From NCBI GenBank assembly GCA_030324005.1, contig JARDVH010000110.1, forward strand, positions 56,637,807-56,701,806: a stretch of DNA of 64,000 nt. Direction: 5' to 3'. A program made the translations under genes and the position numbers. Below, piece by piece: positions 61,745-64,000 of the stretch; within the stretch, counting starts at the first letter, position 1; each line of letters opens with the position of its first letter. The notes beneath the pieces were generated by a model. That model did not search any database and was not told the DNA's origin. It was given only the letters and a program-made list of their open reading frames with translations. Source of the stretch: Negaprion brevirostris. Its lineage: Eukaryota.

Positions 61745-63180
61745 TTCAATTTCTTCCTGGAACATGGGCATTACTGGCAAAGGCAACTTTTATTGCCAAA
61801 GATTATAGTGATGGATGGGGTGTCAGCCAATCGCACTGGTTGCTTTAGCTTGGATGGTGTTGAGCTTCCCAAGTGTTGGTGAGCTGCACTCGTCCAGGTA
61901 AGTGGAGAGTATCCCAACACTCTCCCAATTTGTGCCTTGTAGTTGGCAGAAAGGATTTGTGAGTCTGGAAGTGAGTTACTCTAAATTTCCAGACGGCGAT
62001 TTTCTGTTCCCATTTTCAGAGGTGGTGGGAGCAGGAAATCCCATAGGAAACCCAAAACAGAGGTTATGGGGAAAAGGCAAGAGAATGGGGATGAGAAAAA
62101 TATCAGCCATGATTGAATGGCGGAGCAGACTTGATGGGCCGAGTGGCCTAATTCTGCNNNNNNNNNNNNNNNNNNNNNNNNNNNNNNNNNNNNNNNNNNN
62201 NNNNNNNNNNNNNNNNNNNNNNNNNNNNNNNNNNNNNNNNNNNNNNNNNNNNNNNNNNNNNNNNNNNNNNNNNNNNNNNNNNNNNNNNNNNNNNNNNNNN
62301 NNNNNNNNNNNNNNNNNNNNNNNNNNNNNNNNNNNNNNNNNNNNNNNNNNNNNNNNNNNNNNNNNNNNNNNNNNNNNNNNNNNNNNNNNNNNNNNNNNNN
62401 NNNNNNNNNNNNNNNNNNNNNNNNNNNNNNNNNNNNNNNNNNNNNNNNNNNNNNNNNNNNNNNNNNNNNNNNNNNNNNNNNNNNNNNNNNNNNNNNNNNN
62501 NNNNNNNNNNNNNNNNNNNNNNNNNNNNNNNNNNNNNNNNNNNNNNNNNNNNNNNNNNNNNNNNNNNNNNNNNNNNNNNNNNNNNNNNNNNNNNNNNNNN
62601 NNNNNNNNNNNNNNNNNNNNNNNNNNNNNNNNNNNNNNNNNNNNNNNNNNNNNNNNNNNNNNNNNNNNNNNNNNNNNNNNNNNNNNNNNNNNNNNNNNNN
62701 NNNNNNNNNNNNNNNNNNNNNNNNNNNNNNNNNNNNNNNNNNNNNNNNNNNNNNNNNNNNNNNNGCATGAGGACACATCATTGCGAATCACAACACCTGG
62801 CAAGCAGAACCTGCCAGAGGCACACGATTGAGGACATCCCCCAGAGGTTGGCAGTCATACTGGGGCAGTATCCTTTGGTAAGCTGCAGGAGATTTCCTTG
62901 ACCATGATTGACCTGCTGGAATGACGCTTCATGGGCTTGGTGTCAATGTTCCTTCCAGGGTCATTCCCTCCTCACTGTACACCATTGTGCCACTACTTTG
63001 TCCCAATCTCCTGTCAAACAGAAAGTACAAACCCAGGCATGATGATGTGAGAGTCTGGGATATGTGTATGATCCAAAAGTATGAGGATGTCATGTTGTTG
63101 CTTGCAAGTCTGTGGACCAACTCTCCCAAGTTGGGCACATTTCCCCAGGCGTTAATGAGAAGAATTTTGCAAAATTGACT
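61745..63180 (-). mobile_element. LINE-F2 fragments around a gap, with a MITE piece and a plus-strand CR1 tail (62056-62157) inside
   Basis: LINE-F2 3' and RT-tail sequence at 61745-61980; APE-like ORF (MPNLGELVHRL...SSGTMVYSEEG) at 62929-63138. Confidence 0.65.
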
Positions 63181-63182
63181 AA

Positions 63183-63318
63183 GGGCTCAATTTTACCGTC
63201 CCTTCATGCCACGCTCCCACTGCAGCGAAGTCGGAGAATGTGGTGGCAAGGGAATTCTCAGTTCATTGCAGCAGGATAGGAAAATCCCACTGGTGGAAAT
63301 GGTTGGAAAATTCTGGCT
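63183..63318. mobile_element. MITE (Harbinger-type termini)
   Basis: TIRs gggctcaattttacc / ggaaaattctggc; the interior resembles 5413-5549. Confidence 0.7.
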
Positions 63319-63339
63319 GAGGTCTTTACAATGTTCAAT

Positions 63340-63640
63340 TCTTATGAGACTTCTTTGTAATGGTTTGATACATTTGAGTGACTTGCTAGATCATTGCTAA
63401 GTGAACCACATAGCAATGAGTCTGGAATCATCTAGGCAGATTTCCTTTCCAAAAATGTGTACTGATGACAATCCAGTATTTTCATGGTCACCTTAACTGA
63501 TACCACTTTTTGTTTCTAAATTTATATAATTAATTTTATTCACTGAATTTAAGTTACCCAGCTACTGAGGTGAGGTTCTCCAGATCAGAAGTCCAGGCCT
63601 CTGGATTACAAGCTCAATAATATAACCACAATGCTCACTT
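63340..63640 (-). mobile_element. Old SINE family 2 copy
   Basis: ctgagtg(a)cttgctag...ggcagatttcctt...ggcctctggatta. Confidence 0.55.
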
Positions 63641-64000
63641 TATTTTGCAAAACAATAATAGCTTGCTAAAGGTTTGTGATTTCATTTTGGATATTCTTTG
63701 ATGGGGGCAAACTTTGTCCCGGCTAGAAATGGAATGGTTTCAGATGTCATGGGAATGCATCCTCAGGTCGGGTGCAGAGTAAAGCTCCCTCTGGTCTGCA
63801 TCAAAAGCACTGTTTTAACCCCAATCTCGGTACAGCATCCTCTCACCGTCCCACCACAACATTTACATTTCCCAAACCATCCTCCTGTCTCTGAATCAGA
63901 CCGGAAATTTAACACCAATTAGTGTCAGATTACAGTCAGTGCTGCGGACACATTCCCACCAGGGGACTGGTTTGAGAATATCTGGGAGTCGTTTCACTTT

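Overview
Eukaryotic, repeat-dense, apparently non-coding DNA (intergenic or deep intronic) from a gappy draft assembly. It is very likely a shark or other elasmobranch, because it carries many HE1/V-SINE-like tRNA SINEs, HER1-like CR1 LINE 3' fragments and Deu-domain SINEs. I recognise no intact host protein-coding gene: every ORF with recognisable motifs is a decayed retroelement or transposon piece (CR1, a second CR1-group LINE, RTE, Rex1/Babar, Gypsy-like gag, Harbinger Myb/SANT). The notable structure is at the level of mobile-element biology. (1) Short Penelope-like inserts carry minimal hammerhead-ribozyme folds with covarying stem II. (2) One SINE head/body is joined to two different LINE tails (CR1-like and Rex1-like). 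(3) An RTE LINE has a 5' inversion with twin-priming geometry. (4) A CR1 stub has a 5' junction patched with locally templated direct and inverted copies plus AT filler. (5) A multi-insertion nest shows readable TSDs. (6) A TE-free, CpG-retaining, hairpin-rich segment lies near 30.5 kb. Family assignments come from motif recognition by eye, not database searches, and boundaries of old elements are approximate.
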